From contig JBAWZD010000004.1 of the NCBI GenBank assembly GCA_037143195.1, positions 1 to 54,955 of the forward strand: DNA of 54,955 bases, written 5' to 3'. Shown piece after piece: positions 9,946-18,887 of the stretch. Both the position numbers and the translations under genes were made by a program. How positions within the stretch are numbered: position 1 is the stretch's first letter; every line of letters starts with the position of its first letter. The notes under the pieces were generated by a model, which saw nothing but the letters and a program-made list of their open reading frames with translations, ran no database searches and was not told the origin of the DNA. This DNA comes from a bacterium (lineage in GTDB: Bacteria; Patescibacteriota; Minisyncoccia; Phycocordibacterales; UBA9973).

Positions 9946-11328
9946 ATGCCCACAGGTCATTCTGCGCGCCCGTCTTCAGGCGGAAAGCGCTCGTTCAATT
10001 CATCGCCCGTAACGCGTTCAGGCTCAGGCTTCCGCTATACAGGCCCATCACACTCTGCTCGTCCGAGTGGCGCTTCTTCAAGTGCTCCTGCTCGAACAGG
10101 AGGTTTCAAATCAGGGAGTTCACGATTTGGCGCTGCTCCACGCCGAAGTGGTTTCGGTGCTGGTCGCCGAAGTACCAGCTTCGCGCGCAATCGTAGTGGC
10201 GGAGGAGGCGGTTCACGCTTCGCTCAGCGCATCGATTTTTCAAAATTCGTAAAGAAGGCAGAGCCTGTTACGGAAGCAAAGAAATATGTCGCGAAACATA
10301 AGTTTGCTGATTTCCCATTCGGAGAACAGCTCCAGAAAAATATCGCCAAGAAAGGTTTCGTTCACCCAACACCAATTCAGGATCAATCGATCATGACCGT
10401 GCTCGGTGGTCGTGATTTCTTCGGCCTTGCAAACACAGGAACGGGAAAAACTGGTGCGTTCATTCTTCCGCTCATTGATCGCGTGAGTCGCGACAAAAAG
10501 CAGAAAGTACTCATCATGGCTCCAACCCGCGAACTTGCACAGCAAATCGAAGTTGAGTTTCGTGATCTTTCCGCATGGCTCCACGTCTTCTCTGTTTCAG
10601 TTGTTGGCGGAATGCCAATCAATCGTCAGATCAGTGAAATCCGCCGCGGAGTAAACTTCGTCATCGGAACACCAGGACGTATCACTGACCTCGTGAAGCA
10701 GAAGGCGCTCGACCTCTCAACATTCAGTACGGTAGTACTCGATGAGGCGGACCGCATGCTCGACATGGGATTCCGTGACGACATGACTTTCATCCTCGGC
10801 AAATGTGCGACACCACGACAGACACTTTTCTTCTCAGCGACACTTTCGCCTGAGATCAAAAAGATGACGGAAATGTATCTCAAAGATCCACTCTTCGTCT
10901 CTGTTGTCACAGGAAACACTTCAAAGAATATTGATCAAGACGTTGTGCGTGTTCGCAAAGAAGACAAGCTCAACACACTCCACGACATTCTCATTGGCGC
11001 AGGTGCGGACAAAGTCCTCATCTTCCGTGAGACCAAGCGTAGTGTTGACCAGCTCGAGAGCGAGCTCCGCTCGCTCGGCTTCAAAGTCGCCGGTATTCAC
11101 GGCGACAAGCGCAACCGTGAACGCATGCGCATGCTTGAGAGTTTTAAGAAAAATGAAACCAAAATTCTCATCGCGACTGACGTCGCTGCTCGCGGACTCG
11201 ACATTCCAAATGTCACGCACGTGATCAACTACGATATCCCGAACGATTACGAAACGTACGTTCACCGCATCGGCCGTACTGGTCGTGCAGACAAAAAGGG
11301 AATCGCTCTTACTTTCATTCCTGCGTAA
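9946..11328 (+). CDS. DEAD-box RNA helicase with N-terminal G/S/R-rich extension
   Basis: PTPIQ, ANTGTGKT, PTRELAQQ, GTPGR, DEAD, SAT, HGD, ARGLD and HRIGRTGR motifs. Alternative start at 9913. Confidence 0.96.
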   Translation: MPTGHSARPSSGGKRSFNSSPVTRSGSGFRYTGPSHSARPSGASSSAPARTGGFKSGSSRFGAAPRRSGFGAGRRSTSFARNRSGGGGGSRFAQRIDFSKFVKKAEPVTEAKKYVAKHKFADFPFGEQLQKNIAKKGFVHPTPIQDQSIMTVLGGRDFFGLANTGTGKTGAFILPLIDRVSRDKKQKVLIMAPTRELAQQIEVEFRDLSAWLHVFSVSVVGGMPINRQISEIRRGVNFVIGTPGRITDLVKQKALDLSTFSTVVLDEADRMLDMGFRDDMTFILGKCATPRQTLFFSATLSPEIKKMTEMYLKDPLFVSVVTGNTSKNIDQDVVRVRKEDKLNTLHDILIGAGADKVLIFRETKRSVDQLESELRSLGFKVAGIHGDKRNRERMRMLESFKKNETKILIATDVAARGLDIPNVTHVINYDIPNDYETYVHRIGRTGRADKKGIALTFIPA

Positions 11329-11336
11329 AGCACAAC

Positions 11337-11368
11337 AAAAAAACCGCTCCGAAAGGAGCGGTTTTTTT
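11337..11368. terminator. Bidirectional intrinsic terminator
   Basis: AAAAAAACCGCTCC-GAAA-GGAGCGGTTTTTTT between convergent genes. Confidence 0.9.
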
Positions 11369-11369
11369 G

Positions 11370-11705
11370 TTAATTTTTTGGAGTGTAAGAATCAATTATC
11401 TCGTCCATTTGTTCAACTTTCATACCTATAGAGTAGGTGTAATTTCCTGTCTCAGATCGTGGGCCGAGCGAAAGCTCGCCGTTTTCTTTTTTTACCACTT
11501 TCATGTCTGAGAGTTCTCCGTTTGCGGGGGATTTGATTGTTACAAAATCGCCAACCTTGAGTGCATCAAATCTTTGCTGTTGCTCAGCGGATTTTGCATT
11601 TTTTTGAGCTAGCTCGTGTTGGGCGCGAGCTTGTTTGTCTTGAGCGATTTCTTTCTCGGCCTCTTTTCCAACTTTGTATGAGTACTGCGGTCCTTCCATG
11701 TTCAT
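11370..11705 (-). CDS. Small hypothetical protein (helical N-terminus, KOW/SH3-like LKVGDFV segment)
   Basis: The ORF fills the gap between the terminator and a divergent intergenic region, with TATAAT upstream. Confidence 0.65.
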   Translation of the reverse strand: MNMEGPQYSYKVGKEAEKEIAQDKQARAQHELAQKNAKSAEQQQRFDALKVGDFVTIKSPANGELSDMKVVKKENGELSLGPRSETGNYTYSIGMKVEQMDEIIDSYTPKN

Positions 11706-11849
11706 GATAATTGACAGGTATTATAAATAATATGGCTATTATATCGCTGAATGGAGCGTCGTGTCGAGTACAAAGGCTTAGTTTTCGTTTCAGCAATTTC
11801 GTGCTAGGATAAGGTTATTAGTGTGTAATTCTATTTATATCCTTATTCC

Positions 11850-13103
11850 ATGAGCTCATATAAAGAAACGGAGGTGTTTGAAGCTATCGAAGGCGAGGCG
11901 AAACGACAGGCAGAGGGTCTTGAACTTATCCCAAGTGAGAACTACGTTTCCAAAAACGTGCTTCTTGCCAATGGTTCAATCATGACCAACAAGTACTCAG
12001 AAGGGTACCCAGGACGTCGCTATTACGGCGGACAAGACTACACTGACAAAGTTGAGACACTTGCCATTGAGCGCATCAAACAGCTTTTCAACTGTAAATT
12101 CGCCAACGTTCAGCCACACTCCGGTGCGCCAGCAAACCTCGCCGTCTACGCTGCGCTTCTTGAGCCAGGTGACACCGTGCTTGGTATGGATCTCTCTCAT
12201 GGAGGACACCTTACGCACGGTCACCCAATGACACTTCCTGCGAAGATTTACAAATTCGTCACCTACAAGATGAAGGATCCAGAGACTGGCGAAATTGATT
12301 ACGAGGGTCTTCGTCAAGTCGCACTCGAACACAAACCGAAGCTCATCATCGCAGGATTTTCCGCATATCCTCGCACACTCGACTACAAGAAATTCGTCGA
12401 CATCGCGCATGAAGTTGGAGCGATTACGATGGCTGATATGGCGCACATCGCGGGACTCATTGCCGGCAAAGCACTCCGCAATCCCTTCGACGATGGATTC
12501 GATATCATTACTTCGACAACACACAAGACACTTCGCGGACCACGTGGAGGAATTATTCTCACTCGCGAGAACGAAGACATCGCAAAGAAAATCGATAAGG
12601 CAATTTTCCCAGGGATTCAAGGGGGTCCACACATGCACACGATTGCAGCCAAGGCTGTGGCTTTCGGCGAAGCTCTCACTCCAGCTTTCCAAGAATACGC
12701 ACAGCAGGTACTCAAGAATGCAAAAGCTATGGAAGCTGTGCTCAAGCGCGAAGGTGTGCGCATGATTGGTGGCGGAACAGACAATCACCTCATTCTCGCT
12801 GATGTGTTCGGTTCTCTTGGTGTGACTGGCAAGGAAGCACAGACAGCACTCGACGAAGTCGGTATCACGCTCAACATGAACTCAATCGCAGGGGACACAC
12901 GCAAGCCACTTGATCCGTCAGGTATCCGCTTCGGCACACCAGCGATCACGACTCGCGGATTCAAAGAAGCAGAATGTGCTCGCGTCGCCGAACTCCTCAT
13001 TGAAACTCTCAAGAACAAAGATGACGAAGCCAAGAAAAAAATAATCAAAGCTGAAGTCGTCGCGCTCGCAACACAGTTTCCAATTCCTGAGCAGTTTGTG
13101 TAA
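11850..13103 (+). CDS. glyA: Serine hydroxymethyltransferase
   Basis: LIPSEN, NKYSEGYPGRRYYGG, NVQPHSGAPAN, GGHLTHG and TTHKTLRGPRGG motifs. Confidence 0.98.
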   Translation: MSSYKETEVFEAIEGEAKRQAEGLELIPSENYVSKNVLLANGSIMTNKYSEGYPGRRYYGGQDYTDKVETLAIERIKQLFNCKFANVQPHSGAPANLAVYAALLEPGDTVLGMDLSHGGHLTHGHPMTLPAKIYKFVTYKMKDPETGEIDYEGLRQVALEHKPKLIIAGFSAYPRTLDYKKFVDIAHEVGAITMADMAHIAGLIAGKALRNPFDDGFDIITSTTHKTLRGPRGGIILTRENEDIAKKIDKAIFPGIQGGPHMHTIAAKAVAFGEALTPAFQEYAQQVLKNAKAMEAVLKREGVRMIGGGTDNHLILADVFGSLGVTGKEAQTALDEVGITLNMNSIAGDTRKPLDPSGIRFGTPAITTRGFKEAECARVAELLIETLKNKDDEAKKKIIKAEVVALATQFPIPEQFV

Positions 13104-13112
13104 AAAAATTAT

Positions 13113-13538
13113 ATGAAAATAGTCTTCAACTCGGAAACAAAATCAATCGTGCAATTCGAGAAAGGGGATGAAGCAATCGCGCTTTTGACGGCTCTCGCCG
13201 TCGAGCGCGGTTTTTCATTTCATTTTTCAATGATTGGCGGGTGCACGGATGTAGAGCTTGCGTACTATGACATCGAGACCAAGGCATACGCATCAAAAAC
13301 TCATTCGGCACGCAATATCGAAGTGATTACCGTGACGGGGAACGTCGCGTGGATAGACGGCTCGCCGTGGGTGCATGCGCATGGAGTGTTTGGTGATGAC
13401 AACCACAATTGTTTTGGCGGGCATATCAATCGACTCATTCTTTCCGCGACTGGCGAAACGGCGATCGATTGGCTCCCCGAAAAACTTGAAAAGAAAATCG
13501 ACCCCGCGAGCGGATTAAAATTGTTTTGTGAGAAATAA
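13113..13538 (+). CDS. PPC/DUF296 domain protein
   Basis: EVITVTGNV, VHAHGVFG and GGHI pattern. Confidence 0.85.
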   Translation: MKIVFNSETKSIVQFEKGDEAIALLTALAVERGFSFHFSMIGGCTDVELAYYDIETKAYASKTHSARNIEVITVTGNVAWIDGSPWVHAHGVFGDDNHNCFGGHINRLILSATGETAIDWLPEKLEKKIDPASGLKLFCEK

Positions 13539-14162
13539 ATGAAACTCCTGCTTTGCTCTGACGGTGATTATGCATGGAAGCAGGGCTTCGAGCATTTTGG
13601 TATTTCCAAAAATGACATTCGTATTGGGTATGTGACGACTGCATCAAAAGGATTGCCAGATCAAACATATATTGATCATTACAAAAAAAGTATGCGCATG
13701 GCGGGCTACACTGCGGAGCCGTTCAATATCGAAGGCAAGTCGCTCGATGAGATGCGCACATTTTTTACAGACAAAAATATCGTGCATGTCGAAGGAGGGA
13801 ATGTGTTCTATCTGCTAAAAGCAGTACGCGAAAGTGGTTTTGATATCGTGCTCCGCGAACTATTCGCGCGCGGTATCTACTACTCTGGTAGTAGCGCTGG
13901 TTCATATATCATGGCGCCAAGTATTGAGACTGCTACATGGAAATCGGGAGACAAAGATCGTTTTGGGGTGACGGATTTCACGGCACTCAATTACGTATCA
14001 TTTCTGGTATTTGCTCATTATAAGCCGGAGATGGAAGAGCGTGTTCGCGAGAAAATGAGCACGACAAAATATCCAGTGCGTGTACTTATGGACGGACAAG
14101 CAATTTTTGTGGACAATGGTATTGATACATTTGTGGGCGAAGGCAAAGAAATACACCTATGA
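13539..14162 (+). CDS. pepE: Peptidase E-like (S51) dipeptidase
   Basis: VEGGNVFYLL, GSSAGS nucleophile and a downstream HY motif. Confidence 0.85.
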   Translation: MKLLLCSDGDYAWKQGFEHFGISKNDIRIGYVTTASKGLPDQTYIDHYKKSMRMAGYTAEPFNIEGKSLDEMRTFFTDKNIVHVEGGNVFYLLKAVRESGFDIVLRELFARGIYYSGSSAGSYIMAPSIETATWKSGDKDRFGVTDFTALNYVSFLVFAHYKPEMEERVREKMSTTKYPVRVLMDGQAIFVDNGIDTFVGEGKEIHL

Positions 14163-14734
14163 ACATTATTTTAGGATCAGCATCAAAGACACGCAGACTT
14201 TTGCTTGAAGAAGCAGGGATCCCGATTGGCGGGGTACTCGTGTCGGATTTCGACGAGAAATCAATTCGAACGAATGACTACCGATTACTACCGATGATGC
14301 TTGCGAAAGCGAAGCGTGATGCGATACTCGAGAAAGTCACCGAACCATGTTTTTTGATTACCGGTGACATCGTTCTTTTTTATGGCGACCGACTCCTCGA
14401 GAAACCAACATCGGCAGATGAGGAGCGTGAATTTTTTCGCATCTACAATGGAGTGAATCGCTGTGGATTCGTTTCGGCGATTACTGTTACGAATACTCAG
14501 ACAGGGGAGACGCGTGAAGGCACGAGCGAGGGCGAATTCATTCTTGGTCCGTTTACGAGCGATGAAGTCGAAGCATATATAAGCGGTGGTACCTATATGG
14601 AATACGCCGGAGGGTTTCGATATAAAGATCCGGAGATAACACCCAAAGTGGTGAAGCTCGATGGCGACCTCGACGCGCTCATGGGTATGCCAATCCAACT
14701 CGTGAAAAAATTTCTCACCGAGCTTGGTGGGTGA
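14159..14734 (+). CDS. maf: Maf family nucleotide pyrophosphatase
   Basis: IILGSAS..RRLLL, FDEKSIR, ITGD, LEKP and GMP motifs. Confidence 0.9.
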   Translation: MNIILGSASKTRRLLLEEAGIPIGGVLVSDFDEKSIRTNDYRLLPMMLAKAKRDAILEKVTEPCFLITGDIVLFYGDRLLEKPTSADEEREFFRIYNGVNRCGFVSAITVTNTQTGETREGTSEGEFILGPFTSDEVEAYISGGTYMEYAGGFRYKDPEITPKVVKLDGDLDALMGMPIQLVKKFLTELGG

Positions 14735-14784
14735 CGTGGCGAATATTTGACGTAGGTAGGTCAATCAGGCATAGTTACCATACT

Positions 14785-15759
14785 ATGAAAAAATACATTT
14801 TTGCCGTTTTGCTTGTGAGTCTGCTCGCATGTGGTCCAAAGTTTGCTTCTGCAAGCGGGCTTGGAATTACTCCGAGTTCGGGTCCGGTGAATTCTTTGGT
14901 TACGCTCAATTGGCCAGACATGCCAGTAAGTCCGCAGACAATCATTGTCGGCGTAGAGAATGATAATGGTGGTCATGGTGGACAAATCCGACAATTTTCA
15001 TTACCAGTCACGACGAGTAGTAATGCGCTCTCGTTTTGTTTTCCAAAAACACTTCGAGTTCTTTCTGAAGCCGGTACTTCTGAGGCAACAGTAATTCCAG
15101 GAACATATCATGTGTCTATTGCCACCGATACAACAAAAAGTGGTATTGCACTCTTTACTGTTACCGAGGGTAGTGCGAATTGTACTTCGAGTGCGGTAAC
15201 GACGGTTCCTTCTCAAGTAAACTCTGAAAATCCAGATAATAAGCCAGTCATCGGGCAGATGACATCCGTGTCCGCGTCAGTTGAGGATGCTCGGTCAATG
15301 CTCACAGTCTTGCGTACTCTTGCTGCTATGCCAAATTTTCCTCAAGATAGAATACAGAAACAAATGAGTGATATTAAGGCGCATTTGAAGGAGCTGGGTG
15401 TATCTGATACTGATGAAACACCTGTGACAGCACCATCTCCAGTTGTAGTCCAAACACCAACACCAACACCAAACCCAGTTCCAGCTCCTGTAACATCGAA
15501 CGTGGTTAATCCTGTTTCGAATGTAGTTCATACAGATTCGCCGCATTCAGAAATACGTCGTGTCGCGTATGGAGATTCTGGTGTTGCTGTTTCGACCGTC
15601 CAAAAAATTCTGATCCAGAAAGGATTTCTTAAGACAGATGTGACGGGTTACTTTGGCGCAAAGACAAAGAAAGCACTCATGGATTTCCAGACCGCGAATG
15701 GACTCACTGCTGTCGGTTCAATTGGACCAAAAACTCTGCAGGCACTTAGTTCACAGTAA
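14785..15759 (+). CDS. Secreted protein with C-terminal peptidoglycan-binding domain
   Basis: Signal peptide, Pro/Thr linker, and C-terminal G..V..VQKIL...TGYFGAKTKKALMDFQ..NGL..VGSIGPKT. Confidence 0.85.
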   Translation: MKKYIFAVLLVSLLACGPKFASASGLGITPSSGPVNSLVTLNWPDMPVSPQTIIVGVENDNGGHGGQIRQFSLPVTTSSNALSFCFPKTLRVLSEAGTSEATVIPGTYHVSIATDTTKSGIALFTVTEGSANCTSSAVTTVPSQVNSENPDNKPVIGQMTSVSASVEDARSMLTVLRTLAAMPNFPQDRIQKQMSDIKAHLKELGVSDTDETPVTAPSPVVVQTPTPTPNPVPAPVTSNVVNPVSNVVHTDSPHSEIRRVAYGDSGVAVSTVQKILIQKGFLKTDVTGYFGAKTKKALMDFQTANGLTAVGSIGPKTLQALSSQ

Positions 15760-15783
15760 TTGGGTGTAGTAGGTAGGGAACGA

Positions 15784-16497
15784 ATGGTTACAAAAAATAA
15801 AATTACGACAGTCCTTTTTGATCTTGATGAGACGTTGTCTGATCATAGTTATTCACTCGAGCGGGCATTTCGGGTGCTCGAGTCTGAATTTCCTATTTTG
15901 ACTACTCAACCAATGCCGGTACTTATGGATTTGTATCGTGAATCACTCGACGAGACATTTGTTGACTACCTTGCGAAAAAAATAACGTATGTGGAGGCAA
16001 AAGAAAAACGGGTCGCTGTGTTTTTCAAAAAATTAGGAGTGAATCTTTCTGAAGTGGAATTACAGAAATTTATTGTTTTATACAAATCTGCATATGATAG
16101 TGACAGACGAGCAACACTCGGTACGATAAAGACACTAACTATTTTGCGAGAACGGGGATACAAAATCGGCGTAGTTACGAACGGGGAAGAGGATCATCAA
16201 ACTGCAAAGCTAAAAGAAATCGGCATTGAAAAATTGGTCGATGTTCTTATCGCGTCAGGAGCAGTTGGCTTTGCGAAACCCGATCCTGAAATATTCAGGA
16301 TCGCACTTGAACGAATGCAGGCAAAAAAGGAAGAGGCGATTATGATCGGAGACAATCTAGAAAATGATGTTTGCGGTGCCATTCGATACGGAATACGTGC
16401 TCTCTATTACAATCCCAATTCAGACGAGGATGAGATTATTGTTGATGCGGTAACAGTCCTGTCGTTTCTCGTATGGAACAAGTCCTTTCATATTTAG
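15784..16497 (+). CDS. HAD-superfamily hydrolase (C-terminus possibly frameshifted)
   Basis: DLDETL, VTNG, KPDP and IGDNLEND motifs. Confidence 0.9.
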   Translation: MVTKNKITTVLFDLDETLSDHSYSLERAFRVLESEFPILTTQPMPVLMDLYRESLDETFVDYLAKKITYVEAKEKRVAVFFKKLGVNLSEVELQKFIVLYKSAYDSDRRATLGTIKTLTILRERGYKIGVVTNGEEDHQTAKLKEIGIEKLVDVLIASGAVGFAKPDPEIFRIALERMQAKKEEAIMIGDNLENDVCGAIRYGIRALYYNPNSDEDEIIVDAVTVLSFLVWNKSFHI

Positions 16498-16520
16498 GTC
16501 TAGTCAGTTAACATCATATT

Positions 16521-17138
16521 ATGAACCAACTTTTTCTGGGACTCTCATTCGTACATTGGCTTGTTGTTGCGAGTGCGTTGCTTAGTATCGCAGGTGCTTT
16601 AACCTATACACGTGACACATGGCAAAGAAAAATAAAGCCTAATTTGGTCACGTGGACCATGTGGGCCATCGCTCCCTTGCTCGGCACTGCAGCTGCGCTC
16701 GCGGCACATGCTGATCCGTGGAGCCTTGTGCGTGTATTTCTTGCTGGTTTTATGCCACTTATTCTTCTCATTGTCGTTGTGATTCGACCACAAGGATATT
16801 GGAAACTTACTCCATTTGATTTTGCATGTGGAATTTTTTCACTCGCTGCGCTCATCGCATGGCTACTTGTTGATTCGCCACGTGTAGCGGTGGTCCTTTC
16901 TGCGCTTGGAGATTTTTCTGCCGCGCTCCCCACTATCGTAAAATCTTGGAAATATCCTGAAACAGAATCTGGCTTAAATTATGCATTCGGCCTCCTCAGC
17001 GCGCTCCTTGTTTTTCCTGCGATTCCAATTTGGAATGTACAGAACGTATTCTTTCAAGGTTCGTTACTGATCGTTAATCTCCTCTTGGTTATTGCAGTGT
17101 ATCGTAGGCAGATTTTTACATTTGCATGGGTGAAGTAG
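16521..17138 (+). CDS. Polytopic membrane protein, PQ-loop-like
   Basis: About 7 hydrophobic segments and an LPTIVKSWKYPETES loop. Confidence 0.75.
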   Translation: MNQLFLGLSFVHWLVVASALLSIAGALTYTRDTWQRKIKPNLVTWTMWAIAPLLGTAAALAAHADPWSLVRVFLAGFMPLILLIVVVIRPQGYWKLTPFDFACGIFSLAALIAWLLVDSPRVAVVLSALGDFSAALPTIVKSWKYPETESGLNYAFGLLSALLVFPAIPIWNVQNVFFQGSLLIVNLLLVIAVYRRQIFTFAWVK

Positions 17139-17172
17139 AAAAACAGGGCTTTTCCTGCTACAGTGGGTATAT

Positions 17173-17865
17173 ATGAAGCACGGCAAACTCATCGTTATCG
17201 ACGGCACGGATGGCTCGGGCAAGGCTACGCAAATTGAGCTTTTGAAGAAGCGCCTTTCGAAGGAAGGGTATTCGGTCAAAATCGTTGATTTTCCTGAGTA
17301 TTATGGCAATTTCTTCGGCGAGTTTCTTGGACACTGTCTCAGTGAGCAGTATTACAATTGGGTGAATATTCATCCAAAGATTGCGTCTATAGTCTACGCG
17401 GCAGATCGTTTTGAGTCGAAGGCCAAGATTGAGAAATGGCTCAAGGCTGGCTACGTCGTGCTGGCCAATCGCTATGTCTCAGCAAACCAAATCCATCAAG
17501 GGGGCAAAATCGCGAATCCAAAAAAGCGCGCTGAGTTTATGGACTGGCTCGCAAAGATGGAATACGACGTATTCAAAATTCCAAAACCACATCTCGTGTT
17601 CTATCTCAATGTGCCAATGAAGATCGTAGAGAAATTACTCGCCGAGAGAAATATCGAACATGCACGTGCATACCTCGGTACTAAGAAAGATGTGCACGAG
17701 ACAGATATGACGTTTTTGAAAAATTCTCAAAAGAGTGCGCTGTGGCTTGCTCGGCGAGAAAAGAATTGGAAGAAAATTGAATGCGCGCCAAAGGGCGAGA
17801 TGCTTCCGCGTGAAGAGATTCACGAGCACATTTACGAGCAGGTAAAAAAGCAGATTACGAAATGA
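17173..17865 (+). CDS. tmk: Thymidylate kinase
   Basis: IVIDGTDGSGKATQ P-loop, DRF and ANRYV motifs. Confidence 0.88.
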   Translation: MKHGKLIVIDGTDGSGKATQIELLKKRLSKEGYSVKIVDFPEYYGNFFGEFLGHCLSEQYYNWVNIHPKIASIVYAADRFESKAKIEKWLKAGYVVLANRYVSANQIHQGGKIANPKKRAEFMDWLAKMEYDVFKIPKPHLVFYLNVPMKIVEKLLAERNIEHARAYLGTKKDVHETDMTFLKNSQKSALWLARREKNWKKIECAPKGEMLPREEIHEHIYEQVKKQITK

Positions 17866-18458
17866 TTGAAGTCGAAATTCGTGGCCCGCTCGCGCGTAAA
17901 GATTACGTGCGTATCAAGAAATTGCTCGAGACAGCAGGAGACGGCGTGCGTACCGAAAAGCGCATCGTCGTGGATTATTCACGCGAGCCATATGAATCAC
18001 GCACGATTGCGATTAGTTTGAAACAAAAGAATGATGTACCAGTCGTCGTGGTAAAGACGGGGAAGTCGGGTGATTTTGTTGTGCGCGAAGAACATGAAGT
18101 CGCGCTTGCCTCGGGTGAATTCACGAATGCGGTGAAGCTCTTCGCCTCGCTCGGCTATGTGAAGGCGCTTGTCGGTGTTCGGGAATTATTTTTTGCTCGC
18201 TATGGCGGTGCAGAATTTAAGCTCGTCGACCCTGGCGAAGACCTTTTTTATTACGAAGCAGAGATGCAGGTAAAGACGGGGAGTGAGGCGACGGAAGCGA
18301 AGAAAAAATTGGAAGTGCTCGCGCGCAATTTGAAATTGCCAGTGTGGGGACAGGGCGAAATGCTGACGTTCATCCACGAGCTCGATAAACGGGTGAGTTA
18401 TGTGTATGATTATACCGAACAGGGAGCGGATCATTTTCGGGAGAAGTTTGGAATTTAA
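17862..18458 (+). CDS. CYTH / triphosphate tunnel metalloenzyme-like protein
   Basis: N-terminal IEVEIR (ExExK/R), REEHE and YYEAE motifs. Confidence 0.75.
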   Translation: MIEVEIRGPLARKDYVRIKKLLETAGDGVRTEKRIVVDYSREPYESRTIAISLKQKNDVPVVVVKTGKSGDFVVREEHEVALASGEFTNAVKLFASLGYVKALVGVRELFFARYGGAEFKLVDPGEDLFYYEAEMQVKTGSEATEAKKKLEVLARNLKLPVWGQGEMLTFIHELDKRVSYVYDYTEQGADHFREKFGI

Positions 18459-18463
18459 ATACA

Positions 18464-18886
18464 ATGAAAATAAAAATCAAAAAATTGAAAGATGGTGCAC
18501 GTTTGCCGAGTTACGCTCGGCCTGGCGATGTCGGCCTCGATATGTACTCGATGGAGACAGTCACGATTGCTCCCGGTGAGCACTACCGATTTTGGCACGG
18601 TTTTGCTCTTGAATTTCCCGAAGGATTTGCGGCGATTGTGAAAGACAAAGGCAGTATTTCAAAGGCAGGATTGCATACAATGGGTGGCGTCTACGACGCT
18701 GGATATCGTGGCGAATACAATACGCACCTCGTCAATTTGGGAGACGTACCGTACACGGTAGAGGCGGGAGACAAAGTTAGTCAGATTGTGATTTTCCCTG
18801 TCGCTATTGCAGAACTTGAAGAAACTGATAGATTGAGTGAATCAGAGCGCGGAGACGGACGGTTTGGCTCAACGGGGAAGCAATAA
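18464..18886 (+). CDS. dut: dUTP diphosphatase
   Basis: GDVGLDM, KDKGS, GVYDAGYRGE, SQIV and RGDGRFGSTG motifs. Confidence 0.95.
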   Translation: MKIKIKKLKDGARLPSYARPGDVGLDMYSMETVTIAPGEHYRFWHGFALEFPEGFAAIVKDKGSISKAGLHTMGGVYDAGYRGEYNTHLVNLGDVPYTVEAGDKVSQIVIFPVAIAELEETDRLSESERGDGRFGSTGKQ

Positions 18887-18887
18887 C

